A stretch of 64,000 bases of DNA, from contig CAWCBP010000014.1 in NCBI GenBank assembly GCA_963793865.1, positions 224,001-288,000 on the forward strand. The letters are read 5' to 3'. Shown piece after piece: positions 20,288-29,304 of the stretch; position 1 is the stretch's first letter; each line of letters starts with the position of its first letter. Source of the stretch: an uncultured delta proteobacterium (GTDB lineage: Bacteria; Desulfobacterota; WTBG01). The notes under the pieces are model-generated. The model saw nothing but the letters and a program-made list of their open reading frames with translations. It was not told the origin of the DNA and did no database searches. The position numbers and the translations under genes were made by a program.

Positions 20288-22222
20288 ATGATGTTGCACG
20301 GGATGCGCTGGTTGTTAAGCAATCGGATGGATGCCGTTCCTGCGGGGAGTCACGTTTTGAACAATGTTACTGAACGGTACTGGGCATTTACCAATCCCCT
20401 GGCGTGTATAATTCTCATCTTAATCGCCTGGCGCCAGGGAGAGACCGCACCCGGCGGCATGTATCTCGCACTTGCTGCTGTCGTGCTTTCCGGCTATCCC
20501 ATCGTCAGAAATTCCGTGGTATCCACCATAACCAACAGGAAGTTGAATGCCGAGGTGCTGGTTACCTGCGCGCTCATTGCCTCCATCTGGGTGGGCGAAT
20601 ATCTGGCAGCGGCCATGGTGGTGCTCATGATGAACATCGGCGAGCTTCTGGAGGATGCCACCATAGCCAGGACCGGCGAGGCGGTTCGTGCGCTGATGGA
20701 GCTGAAATCGGATACTGCCCGGGTTGTAAGAGATGGCCGCGAGATGGAATTGGATATCGGTGCGGTCTGCATCGGTGATGTGGTGCTGGTCAGGGCTGGT
20801 GAAACCATCCCCATAGACGGCAGGATAAAAGAGGGGCGGGGTGAAGTGAATCAGGCTCCCATCACGGGTGAATCTGCCTTGATTGCCAAGGGCCCGGGAG
20901 ATGAAGTTTTCGGCGGAACATTGAACCAGCTGGGGGTATTCAGGATTGAAGTGACCCGGGTTGCTGCGGAAACGGTTCTGTCAAAAATCGTGGATTTGGT
21001 TCGCCGCGCGCAAGCGGCAAAACCACCCATTGAAAGGATAGCTGATCGTTTTGCCGGCTGGTTTACTCCAACCATGCTGGGCCTGGCATTTTTGGTCTGG
21101 TTCGTTACCGGAGAGGTGCTTCGTGCGGTAACCGTCCTGGTGGTTGCGTGTCCCTGCGCGCTGGTAATCGCCACACCGACGGCCGTGGTTGCGGGTATCG
21201 GAAATGCGGCACGCCGGGGTATCCTTATCAAAGGAGGGGCGGTGCTTGAAATCATAGGCAAGCTCACCACATTTGTATTTGATAAAACCGGAACGCTCAC
21301 CTACGGCACCCCGGCAGTGCGCCTTGTGCGCAGTTTCGGAAAGGCGTCCGAGCATGAGGTTCTCAGCCTTGCCGGCACGGCGGAGAAACATTCGGAACAC
21401 CCTCTGGCGGAAGCCATTTTAAGGTACTGCCGCGAAAAAGATGCGGAGCCGTCTGAGCCGGAGGAGACGAATGTGGTGGTGGGAAGGGGTGTTGTAGCCA
21501 GAAAAAACGGCACAGAGATTATCGTCGGCAATGAACGCCTTGTGGAAGAAAAAGGCATGCCTCTGACTGACGAGGCGAAGACCTTTTTGAGTGATATGGC
21601 TGACGCGGGCTCAACCGGCGTGCTGGTGGGGCATGGATCGGTGCTTGTCGGCGGTATCGGCATCGCGGATGCGGTCAGGGCGGATGTCAGGCAGTCTATT
21701 GAAAATATAAGGCGCATGGGCATCAGGAAGGTGCTGATGCTGACAGGGGACACGCGGACCGTTGCCGAGGTGATTGGCGCAGGGGTTGGACTCGATGCAA
21801 TAGTGGCCGATCTTCTTCCCGAAGAGAAGCTCCGCTACATAAAAAAATTGAGGGAGCAGGGCGATGTAGTAGCCATGGTAGGAGATGGAATCAATGATGC
21901 GCCTGCGCTGGTCGAAGCAGACGTGGGTATTGCCATGGGGGTTATGGGTACGGATGCAGCCATCGAAGCGGCAGACATAGCCCTTACCGGCGACGATCTC
22001 ACCAAGGCATCAGAGGCCATCGCCCTCTCCCGGAAAACGGTCAGCATAATCAAGCAGAGCATTTTCATGTCGATTGCAATAAACGGGATTGCCCTCATCC
22101 TTGCCTCAGCCGGTGAGATCGGTCCAGTTGTCGGTGCGATCGTTCACAATGTTGGCTCGGTAGTGGTGGTGGGTAATTCGTCGCGCCTTATAGGATATCG
22201 ATTTGATAAAGCGCTGCATTGA
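20288..22222 (+). CDS. Heavy-metal-translocating P1B-type ATPase
   Basis: TGES, CPC (VACPCAL), DKTGT, SEHPLA, TGD, GDGINDAP. Confidence 0.92.
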   Translation: MMLHGMRWLLSNRMDAVPAGSHVLNNVTERYWAFTNPLACIILILIAWRQGETAPGGMYLALAAVVLSGYPIVRNSVVSTITNRKLNAEVLVTCALIASIWVGEYLAAAMVVLMMNIGELLEDATIARTGEAVRALMELKSDTARVVRDGREMELDIGAVCIGDVVLVRAGETIPIDGRIKEGRGEVNQAPITGESALIAKGPGDEVFGGTLNQLGVFRIEVTRVAAETVLSKIVDLVRRAQAAKPPIERIADRFAGWFTPTMLGLAFLVWFVTGEVLRAVTVLVVACPCALVIATPTAVVAGIGNAARRGILIKGGAVLEIIGKLTTFVFDKTGTLTYGTPAVRLVRSFGKASEHEVLSLAGTAEKHSEHPLAEAILRYCREKDAEPSEPEETNVVVGRGVVARKNGTEIIVGNERLVEEKGMPLTDEAKTFLSDMADAGSTGVLVGHGSVLVGGIGIADAVRADVRQSIENIRRMGIRKVLMLTGDTRTVAEVIGAGVGLDAIVADLLPEEKLRYIKKLREQGDVVAMVGDGINDAPALVEADVGIAMGVMGTDAAIEAADIALTGDDLTKASEAIALSRKTVSIIKQSIFMSIAINGIALILASAGEIGPVVGAIVHNVGSVVVVGNSSRLIGYRFDKALH

Positions 22223-22242
22223 TTGGATAACGGGTTCATTCT

Positions 22243-23202
22243 ATGGAGATTGATTTTTCGCAGGCGGGTTTGTGGACATTGATGGTTGGCACCTTTACGC
22301 TGGCGGCCACCCACACCGTATCGCCGGATCACTGGTTTCCCTTTGTCATGGTGGGCAGGGCAAACAAGTGGAAGGTTTCCTGGGTGCTGGGACTTGCTCT
22401 GCTTGCCGGCATCGGTCACGTGGGAACCTCGGTTTTCATCGGGATGGTGGGGGTGTTTGCGGAAAAGGGTGTCTCAAAAAATATCGCCCTGTTTCTGGAA
22501 AAGGCCACCCCCATGCTGCTCATCGTTTTCGGTTTCGGATATGCCGCGTATGCCCTTTACAAACAACGTGTGGGATCCCTGGGGCACTCCCACGGCATAC
22601 CCATTATCAATAAGTGGCTCGGTATCAATGCCCATGCTTATGATCTGCCGGGACAAACCCACGGCCATGCCCAGGATGTGTGTCTTACAATCGGCGGGAA
22701 GTTTGTTATTTGTCTTCATAAACTGGATATAGTGACGTACGTCGTTCATGATGATCACATGCACGGCTATGACGCCACCGCCGAGGCGGATCATGAACAT
22801 AAGCACTTTCACGACGAGAAACTGCATGAGCACCGGCACAAACACAGCGTCAAAGGGATCGACGGGTTCGTCCACAGCCATGGAGATGAAAACCCCCAGG
22901 AGGGGGTGCGTGACCTGAAGGATAAAAGGGCCGGATGGGGATTGGTGGCGATTCTGGGCTTGACCCCCTGTATTGCCCTGCTGCCCCTGACCTTTGCTGC
23001 GATTAAGTACGGCACCGGGGCAGTGATACTGGTCAATATAGCATTTACCATTGGCACGCTGGGAACCATTGTCCTGTTTACCTGGCTGGGATACCTGGGG
23101 CTTTCCTGGCTTAAACTTGACTTTTTTGAGAAGTACGGTGACGTAATCGCCGGCACCATCATCGGTCTGCTGGGACTTGCCACGAAGGTGTTTGAGCTAT
23201 AG
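22243..23202 (+). CDS. Ni/Co transporter-like membrane protein (NiCoT/RcnA/UreH-like)
   Basis: HTVSPDH (HxxxxDH) motif, GHV, His-rich loop, GLTPC, several TM helices. Confidence 0.7.
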   Translation: MEIDFSQAGLWTLMVGTFTLAATHTVSPDHWFPFVMVGRANKWKVSWVLGLALLAGIGHVGTSVFIGMVGVFAEKGVSKNIALFLEKATPMLLIVFGFGYAAYALYKQRVGSLGHSHGIPIINKWLGINAHAYDLPGQTHGHAQDVCLTIGGKFVICLHKLDIVTYVVHDDHMHGYDATAEADHEHKHFHDEKLHEHRHKHSVKGIDGFVHSHGDENPQEGVRDLKDKRAGWGLVAILGLTPCIALLPLTFAAIKYGTGAVILVNIAFTIGTLGTIVLFTWLGYLGLSWLKLDFFEKYGDVIAGTIIGLLGLATKVFEL

Positions 23203-23232
23203 CATGCATCAATAACCGGAAGGGAGGGTGGT

Positions 23233-23987
23233 ATGAGTGATATCATTACCGACATAGGATTTGATTCCAAAAGTCTATGGCAGGCCAAGGGATTTGAGCC
23301 GCACTCGTTTCCGGAGAGCACCTGGCCGCATTTAAGGGAGCTGCAATTGAAACGGCTCACCAGCGCAGAAGGCGAAGATTTGACCCCGGTGCAGGAGATG
23401 ATCAGGCGTCCCATGTGTGAAGGCACCTTTCGCCACTTTCATAATCAAAAGATAGAAAAGCTGGCCCTGATGTGGGTGCTTATCTCCAAAAGCATTGCAG
23501 GAGGAAGCTGGGTGGGATGGCCCACTGATGACTACGATTTTCCCGCCCTCATCATTGCCTGGGAGGAATCGAAGAAACGGCTGCACATCATCATCGATCT
23601 CATGCCTATAGCGGACTGCGTGGAATACGAGTGGTACCGGGAAAAGTACCTGGATGGCATAGAACCCGTATACAATGAATACAAGGATCTCATCGGGCCG
23701 AACTCGACCTACCGCTGGTTCCGTGCCATGCAGGGTCCCTACCACATCTTTGATGGGCCGGGTGAAAAACGGGACAGGTCGCTGCAGTGTGAAATTGAGT
23801 ATATCAAACAATGGGTCAGGGTGGTACAGGAGGCGGAGCCGGTAAAGGATGAAGAGTATAAACAATACGTGATCCGGCGGAAGAAGATCCTTCAGACACA
23901 GCTGCGGCAGCGGGACCCGCTGGGATCGGTGCTGATGCGCACCCTTGGAGAGGAACTGGGGAAGAAAACCATCTTGGGTACACATAG
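23233..23987 (+). CDS. RCCR/ferredoxin-dependent bilin reductase-like protein (paralogue 1). The ORF track runs to 24069; the real stop is probably TAG at 23985-23987.
   Basis: WPTDDYDFPAL…IIDLMPIADCV…YREKY…WFRAMQGPY…YIKQW…RDP…LG; colinear with 25310..26089. Confidence 0.6.
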
Positions 23988-23993
23988 AGGGGG

Positions 23994-24165
23994 AATTTCA
24001 AAGTCCAAAGATCAAATTTCAAAACAAGTTCAAATGACCAAAATGCAAATGTATACAAATCCTCTTTGAGGCAGTGTGCATATCTTGGGGAGCAGGAGCG
24101 TTTTGACTATTTGATATTTGGACTTTGGATTTGCTTTGGATTTGGTGCTTTGAAATTTGGATTTG
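23994..24165. repeat. Inverted element built of degenerate A-rich/T-rich short repeats
   Basis: Left arm AATTTCAAAGTCCAAAGATCAAATTTCAAAACAAGTTCAAATGACCAAAATGCAAAT; right arm TTTGATATTTGGACTTTGGATTTGCTTTGGATTTGGTGCTTTGAAATTTGGATTTG. Confidence 0.65.
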
Positions 24166-24244
24166 CACCACAATGATTACTGTGCGCGATTTACACTTAG
24201 CTCAAACGCGGATTGAATCTAAAGAACGGGAAAGGAGGAACGCT

Positions 24245-24649
24245 ATGGCTTCGATGCTTGAAATAATGAAACGTGGTGCTGAGCTGGTCAATGCGGATGA
24301 GGAGTTCAAGGCCCAGATGGTTGAGCTTGACGGGGATATCATCTTCTGGCGTTTTGAAGATGACCAGCCCGCGGTTACCACCCGGCTGGACAAAGGAGTG
24401 ATAGTGGTTGAGGGAGGCGAGCATCCCGATTCCCAGATCGGGATGAAGCTCAAGGCCAAGGTGCTCCTGGACGTGATTGACAATTCCCTCGAGGCCAAGA
24501 TGATGTACACCTACACGGAGTTAGTCAAAGGCGACATTGAGCTGGCCCGTCACCATGTGTTTGCACTGGTTCCCTACATCTACGGCATGCAGGACTACTA
24601 TGATTCCGACGCAGCATTCAAGAAGATGGTGGTTGAAAAAAAGGGGTGA
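24245..24649 (+). CDS. SCP2 sterol-carrier-like lipid-binding protein
   Basis: AAGGAGG RBS; GVIVVEGGEHPDSQIGMKL…LVKGDIELA, an SCP2-like pattern. Confidence 0.55.
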   Translation: MASMLEIMKRGAELVNADEEFKAQMVELDGDIIFWRFEDDQPAVTTRLDKGVIVVEGGEHPDSQIGMKLKAKVLLDVIDNSLEAKMMYTYTELVKGDIELARHHVFALVPYIYGMQDYYDSDAAFKKMVVEKKG

Positions 24650-24656
24650 GTAAGCG

Positions 24657-24890
24657 ATGACCGTACATGAGCAGGAACACGCTATCGTAATAGATGAGGA
24701 GAAGTGCATCGGCTGCGGGATATGTGTGGACTTCTGTAATGTTGATGCCATTGCAGTTAACCAGGAGCGGGGGGTGCTGGAAGTCGTTGCCCTGGAAGAC
24801 TGCATTGAATGCCACAGCTGCCAGCAGAACTGCTCCGAGGGCGCCATCATGGTGTTTCCTCAGGTGGAAGATTCCCTGAAAAATCTGTAG
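24657..24890 (+). CDS. 2x[4Fe-4S] ferredoxin
   Basis: CIGCGICVDFC and CIECHSCQQNC. Confidence 0.9.
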   Translation: MTVHEQEHAIVIDEEKCIGCGICVDFCNVDAIAVNQERGVLEVVALEDCIECHSCQQNCSEGAIMVFPQVEDSLKNL

Positions 24891-24920
24891 GGGCACATTT
24901 ATGTGCGATGATGTAACTCT

Positions 24921-24967
24921 GTAGGAGCGCATTCATGCGCGATTAATTAGCGGCTAAAGCCGCTCCG
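24921..24967. repeat. GTAG-family REP-like palindrome
   Basis: GTAGGAGCGCATTCATGCGCGATTAATTAGCGGCTAAAGCCGCTCC. Confidence 0.7.
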
Positions 24968-24988
24968 GCCAGATGCGGGAGGGTTCCG

Positions 24989-25225
24989 GTGAGTGAAATT
25001 CAATTTATTCTGGATCAGGAAAAGTGCATAGGTGCTGACCGATGTGAAGGGGTGTGCGCCCGCATCTGTCCCCCTGATATCATCGAGTATGCCGATGAGG
25101 GCGGCAAAAAAGTGCCCTTCGTTACCGACATGGAGCTCTGCATGAAGGATCACGGCTGCCAGAACAGCTGTCCCGCGGGGGCCATTACCATACTTCCTCC
25201 GCAGGGGGAAGGAAGGGGGTTTTGA
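24989..25225 (+). CDS. Ferredoxin with an atypical second cluster motif
   Basis: CIGADRCEGVCARICP and CMKDHGCQNSCP (Asp in place of the second Cys). Confidence 0.8.
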   Translation: MSEIQFILDQEKCIGADRCEGVCARICPPDIIEYADEGGKKVPFVTDMELCMKDHGCQNSCPAGAITILPPQGEGRGF

Positions 25226-25309
25226 TGAAAGTAGCCGGGACACTCTAATTTATAATGATAGAGCCATTTGATGATCTAATGCTTCATTAACCAGGAAAGG
25301 AGGTACTCC

Positions 25310-26089
25310 ATGCCTGAATATCATCTGGAAAAAGAAGTTGGCTTTAAGTGTGACACCTGGCCGGCCAAGAATGTCCCCAATATCCGGCCATTCCCGGAGG
25401 AGTGCTGGGAAATTCTCCGGACCCTTGATCTCCGGCCATTGAGAGGTGAATACCAGGGCTACAATATGGATCTGCTGCTGGAGAATCTAGATTCTCCCAT
25501 GGCCAAAGGGGCCGTTCGGGTTTTTGAATCAGATAAGATCGAGAAGGTTTGCATCTGGTGGCAGGTGCTCTCAGGCCGGTCGCTTTCTGGGGCTGTCATC
25601 GGTTTCCCGCGGGATGATTATGATTTTCCGGTCATGCTGATTGACTGGGACGAAGGCCGCGGTCCCGGGCATGGGATGGTTGATCACATGCCGCTCTGCG
25701 ATATCGTGCTCAATGAAGAGTACCGCTTGAAATATCTTGATAAACTGGACAACACCTTCCGTGAGTACTATGACATTATCGGGCCTCCCTCCCTGCACGT
25801 CTGGTTTCGGACCCTGTCCGGCCCCTACTACAGTTTCTTCAGAACGCAGGCAGGGGGAACCCCGGAATATCGGCAGCGCATTTTAAATCTTCCGCTCAGG
25901 TATTTGGAGAAGTGGGCTGAAACGGTGAAAGAGGCACAGCCCATCACCGATCCGGCCCACCGGGAGTATTGCATTAAGAGAAAACGGGTCCTCCAGGAGT
26001 GGCTGTTTGTCCGCGATCCGGTGACATCGGTCATGCTGCGTTGCTATGGAAAGGAAATCGGTTCGCTGGTGATGAAGGGACTCTCTTAA
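25310..26089 (+). CDS. RCCR/ferredoxin-dependent bilin reductase-like protein (paralogue 2)
   Basis: FPRDDYDFPVM…VDHMPLCDIVLNEEYRLKY resembles RCCR LDLPxRKDLVLxPDYL; YLEKW…RDP…YG tail. Confidence 0.65.
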   Translation: MPEYHLEKEVGFKCDTWPAKNVPNIRPFPEECWEILRTLDLRPLRGEYQGYNMDLLLENLDSPMAKGAVRVFESDKIEKVCIWWQVLSGRSLSGAVIGFPRDDYDFPVMLIDWDEGRGPGHGMVDHMPLCDIVLNEEYRLKYLDKLDNTFREYYDIIGPPSLHVWFRTLSGPYYSFFRTQAGGTPEYRQRILNLPLRYLEKWAETVKEAQPITDPAHREYCIKRKRVLQEWLFVRDPVTSVMLRCYGKEIGSLVMKGLS

Positions 26090-26125
26090 GCAGAAATATG
26101 TATACCGGAAAAGGAGGTTTATGCA

Positions 26126-26404
26126 ATGCCGAAAATCAGTCAGGATGATATCGTTCAGATTGAAATACGGATTGATGAAGAAAAGTGTGTCGGCTGCGGC
26201 ACCTGCATATCAGTGTGCCCGGTCAATCTGCTTGAACTGAAGGTGGTGGGCAAGAAGAAGAAGAGCTGTGCGCCGGACCAGAGCTTTTGCCTCAAATGCC
26301 ATATGTGCGAATTTCACTGCGGCTACGAGGCGATCAAGGTCTATCCTCCTTTTGAGGGCCAGCAGCCCACCGATCAGGCAAGGGTACCCATGCGCCATCG
26401 ATAG
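26126..26404 (+). CDS. 2x[4Fe-4S] ferredoxin
   Basis: CVGCGTCISVCP and CLKCHMCEFHC. Confidence 0.9.
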   Translation: MPKISQDDIVQIEIRIDEEKCVGCGTCISVCPVNLLELKVVGKKKKSCAPDQSFCLKCHMCEFHCGYEAIKVYPPFEGQQPTDQARVPMRHR

Positions 26405-26431
26405 GGGCAGTAACCGATAAGCATATATTAT

Positions 26432-26545
26432 ATGGAGGGACGCACTCCGTTGCGTCCGCTAATTTATTCGGCCACGACAGAGCGTGGCCCTCCAGAACCT
26501 TATTAAGCAGTAGGAGCGGCTTCAGCTGCGATGTATCGCGCAGGA
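26432..26545. repeat. Two adjacent REP-like palindromes
   Basis: TGGAGGGACGCACTCCGTTGCGTCC…GGCCACGACAGAGCGTGGCCCTCCA, then GTAGGAGCGGCTTCAGCTGCGATGTATCGCG. Confidence 0.6.
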
Positions 26546-26566
26546 AGCGGAATTAAACAAGGGCGT

Positions 26567-28000
26567 ATGAAGGTACTCCTTATCCAGCCACCCATGTATC
26601 ATCAAAAGGTTCAGTTATCCCCCAATTTGGGACTGGCCTCCATTGCCGCCGTTCTTGAGCGGGATGGTGTCCGGGTGGGAGTGCTTGATGCCGCCGCGGA
26701 AGATCTCTCCTATACGGATATTTTGGAACGGGTCCGGGCCTTTAAGCCCCGCGTCGTGGGCGCCGGGGGGCAAACGCCGGTGGCACCCCGATCCATGGCC
26801 ATTTTTAGCCGCATCAAACAGGAGATAAGCCGGGACATTACAACCATTGCCGGCGGTCCGCACTTCAGCTTTACCGACCATGAATCACTTCAGGAGTGCC
26901 GGGAACTTGACATCGTGGTGCGCGGTGAAGGAGAGGCGACCATCAGTCATTTGTGCAAAGCACTCGAAACGGGAGAATCACTCAACAATGTACAAGGCAT
27001 AACCTTCCGTGACCACAATGGATCCATCGTGCGCAATGCCGACCGTGAGCCGATTGCCGATATTGACTCCCTGCCATTCCCTGCCTGGCACCTGTTTCCG
27101 CTGGACAAGTACCACTGGGTGGGAAACCGGCTGCTTGCCGTTTCCTCATCCCGGGGATGCCCGTTCAGATGCCCCTATTGCATAACCTGGAAAGTCCATT
27201 CGGGAGTCCGCCATAGAAGGCCTGCCAAAATAGTTGAAGAAATGGTATGGGTTAAAAAGAATTTTAACCACGATACCTTCTTCTTCCAGGATGATGCCTC
27301 GTTTCTGGTGCGTGAGCAGATGGAGGGGTTTCTGGACGCACTGGAAGCCTGCGGAGAGAAGCTGTACTGGTACTATGAAACCAGGGAGGATGTTTTTCTC
27401 GGTTACCGGGATCTCTGGAAGAGGATGAAGCACAACGGCCTGTTTAAAATTGTCTTCGGGCTTGAGACCCCGGACCCTGCAATGCGGGAGAGGTTCGGCA
27501 AAAAGGCCTTTGACGCGCGGGCGGTTGAGCAGATGATGGATACGCTTGAGCACGAGCTGGACATAATGGTGTCCGTGTATCTCCTGTTCGGGCTGCCTGA
27601 GGATACGGAAGAGTCTTTGAAGGAGATACTTGATTATGGTAAGCATCTCTATCCCGCCCACTGCTCATTTATCGTCGGCTCCATGGCAACCCCCTTTCCC
27701 GGCACTGATATGTATGAGGACCTGAAGCGGCGGGATATGATAACCAGCTATAACTGGAAAGACTACGGGTTCGGCACCTCGGTTATCAGGACCAGCATCG
27801 CGCCGGAAAAACTTCAGGAGGTATTTAAGGGCTTTTGGATAAAAACCTATGTGCGGCCCAGGGCATTTTTACGCCAGATTCAATTCCTGTTATCCGGCAA
27901 CCGCTTTCGCCGGGCAATGGCAAAACAATATGTAAAGATGGCCGTGGAAATGATATCGGATGTCAAGAAGATGAGCGGTGAAAAGGATGAGGGTTTCTAG
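26567..28000 (+). CDS. Cobalamin-binding radical SAM enzyme (class B; BchE-like)
   Basis: N-terminal B12 domain (PNLGLASIAA…GGPH…RGEGE); SRGCPFRCPYCITWK (CxxxCxxC); TPFPGT. Confidence 0.88.
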   Translation: MKVLLIQPPMYHQKVQLSPNLGLASIAAVLERDGVRVGVLDAAAEDLSYTDILERVRAFKPRVVGAGGQTPVAPRSMAIFSRIKQEISRDITTIAGGPHFSFTDHESLQECRELDIVVRGEGEATISHLCKALETGESLNNVQGITFRDHNGSIVRNADREPIADIDSLPFPAWHLFPLDKYHWVGNRLLAVSSSRGCPFRCPYCITWKVHSGVRHRRPAKIVEEMVWVKKNFNHDTFFFQDDASFLVREQMEGFLDALEACGEKLYWYYETREDVFLGYRDLWKRMKHNGLFKIVFGLETPDPAMRERFGKKAFDARAVEQMMDTLEHELDIMVSVYLLFGLPEDTEESLKEILDYGKHLYPAHCSFIVGSMATPFPGTDMYEDLKRRDMITSYNWKDYGFGTSVIRTSIAPEKLQEVFKGFWIKTYVRPRAFLRQIQFLLSGNRFRRAMAKQYVKMAVEMISDVKKMSGEKDEGF

Positions 28001-28020
28001 AGGTGGGGGAGTTTTTTTTC

Positions 28021-28049
28021 TTGCCAACCCAATTATTTGCTGATAGAGT
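28021..28049 (+). promoter_or_regulatory. Putative sigma70 promoter of metK-ahcY
   Basis: TTGCCA-N17-TAGAGT with an extended -10 TG. Confidence 0.5.
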
Positions 28050-28112
28050 AGCGGCCATTTTGTTAAGGATTTAAAGGGGATAGTTTAGTAATCACTCTAA
28101 AGGAGATGTGCC

Positions 28113-29279
28113 ATGTCGATGACCAATTACCTTTTTACCTCTGAATCAGTGACAGAGGGGCATCCGGACAAGGTTGCCGATCAAATATCTGATTCCATTC
28201 TTGACGCCATTCTTGCCAAGGATAAAAAGGCGCACGTTGCCTGTGAAACCATGGTTACAACCGGCATGGCCATTGTTGCCGGTGAAATCACCACCAACTG
28301 CTATGTACACATACCCGATATTGTCAGGCAAACCATAAAGGACATAGGATACAATGATTCAAGCATGGGCTTTGACTGGGAAACCTGCGCGGTTATCACC
28401 TCCATTGATACCCAGTCACCGGATATCGCCATGGGTGTCAATCCCCGGAAAGGTAAAAAGCAGGGTGCCGGGGACCAGGGACTGATGTTCGGCTACTCCT
28501 GCGCGGAGACCCCGGAGCTGATGCCCATGCCCATCAGCTATGCCAATAAGCTGGCGCGACGACTGGCTGAAGTCCGAAAGAAAGGCATCCTTGATTTTTT
28601 GAGGCCCGACGGGAAGTCACAGGTTACCGTGGAGTATCTTGACGGTCATCCCAAGCGGGTTGATACCGTGGTGATCGCGGCCCAGCACAACCCCACGGTC
28701 AAGGACAAGGTTTTGCGCGAAGGCATTATAGAGGAAGTGATAAAGCAGGTGATACCGGCAAAAATGCTGGACGGTAAGACCAAGTACCATATTAATTCTA
28801 CCGGCCGGTTTGTGCAGGGCGGTCCCAAGGCTGACTGCGGCCTGACCGGGAGAAAGCTTATCTGTGATACCTACGGCGGACAGGGGAGTCACGGCGGCGG
28901 TTCCTTTTCCGGGAAAGATCCTTCCAAGGTGGACCGGTCGGCGTCCTATATGGCCCGCTATGTCGCAAAAAATATTATTGCCGCCGGCCTGGCCAGACGG
29001 TGCGAGGTACAGCTTTCCTACAGCATCGGCGTTCCTGAACCGGTTTCGGTGATGATCGACACCTCCAACACCAGCAAGATTCCGCCCGACGAAATTGCGC
29101 GGCTGGTTATAAAATATTTCCGTTTGACCCCGGCGGAGATGATAAGTTACCTTGATCTCCTGCGGCCGATCTACAAAAAGACCGCCACCTACGGGCATTT
29201 CGGAAGAACGGAACCTGAGTTTACCTGGGAGCGGACGGACATGGCTGATAAACTTCGCAGGGCAGCCGGTCTCAAGTAA
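28113..29279 (+). CDS. metK: S-adenosylmethionine synthetase
   Basis: [36 protein letters not shown]. Confidence 0.98.
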   Translation: MSMTNYLFTSESVTEGHPDKVADQISDSILDAILAKDKKAHVACETMVTTGMAIVAGEITTNCYVHIPDIVRQTIKDIGYNDSSMGFDWETCAVITSIDTQSPDIAMGVNPRKGKKQGAGDQGLMFGYSCAETPELMPMPISYANKLARRLAEVRKKGILDFLRPDGKSQVTVEYLDGHPKRVDTVVIAAQHNPTVKDKVLREGIIEEVIKQVIPAKMLDGKTKYHINSTGRFVQGGPKADCGLTGRKLICDTYGGQGSHGGGSFSGKDPSKVDRSASYMARYVAKNIIAAGLARRCEVQLSYSIGVPEPVSVMIDTSNTSKIPPDEIARLVIKYFRLTPAEMISYLDLLRPIYKKTATYGHFGRTEPEFTWERTDMADKLRRAAGLK

Positions 29280-29304
29280 TGATACGGCTTGAAAGGGGCA
29301 AGGA

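Noticed and set aside
15174..28000. Photosynthesis gene cluster
   Set aside because: No bchH/D/I, bchL/X, bchG, puf/psc or carotenoid genes in the window; similarity to bch genes is remote
28001..28112. SAM/SAH riboswitch upstream of metK
   Set aside because: The leader is short and I could not recognise the conserved core motifs; an Rfam scan would be decisive
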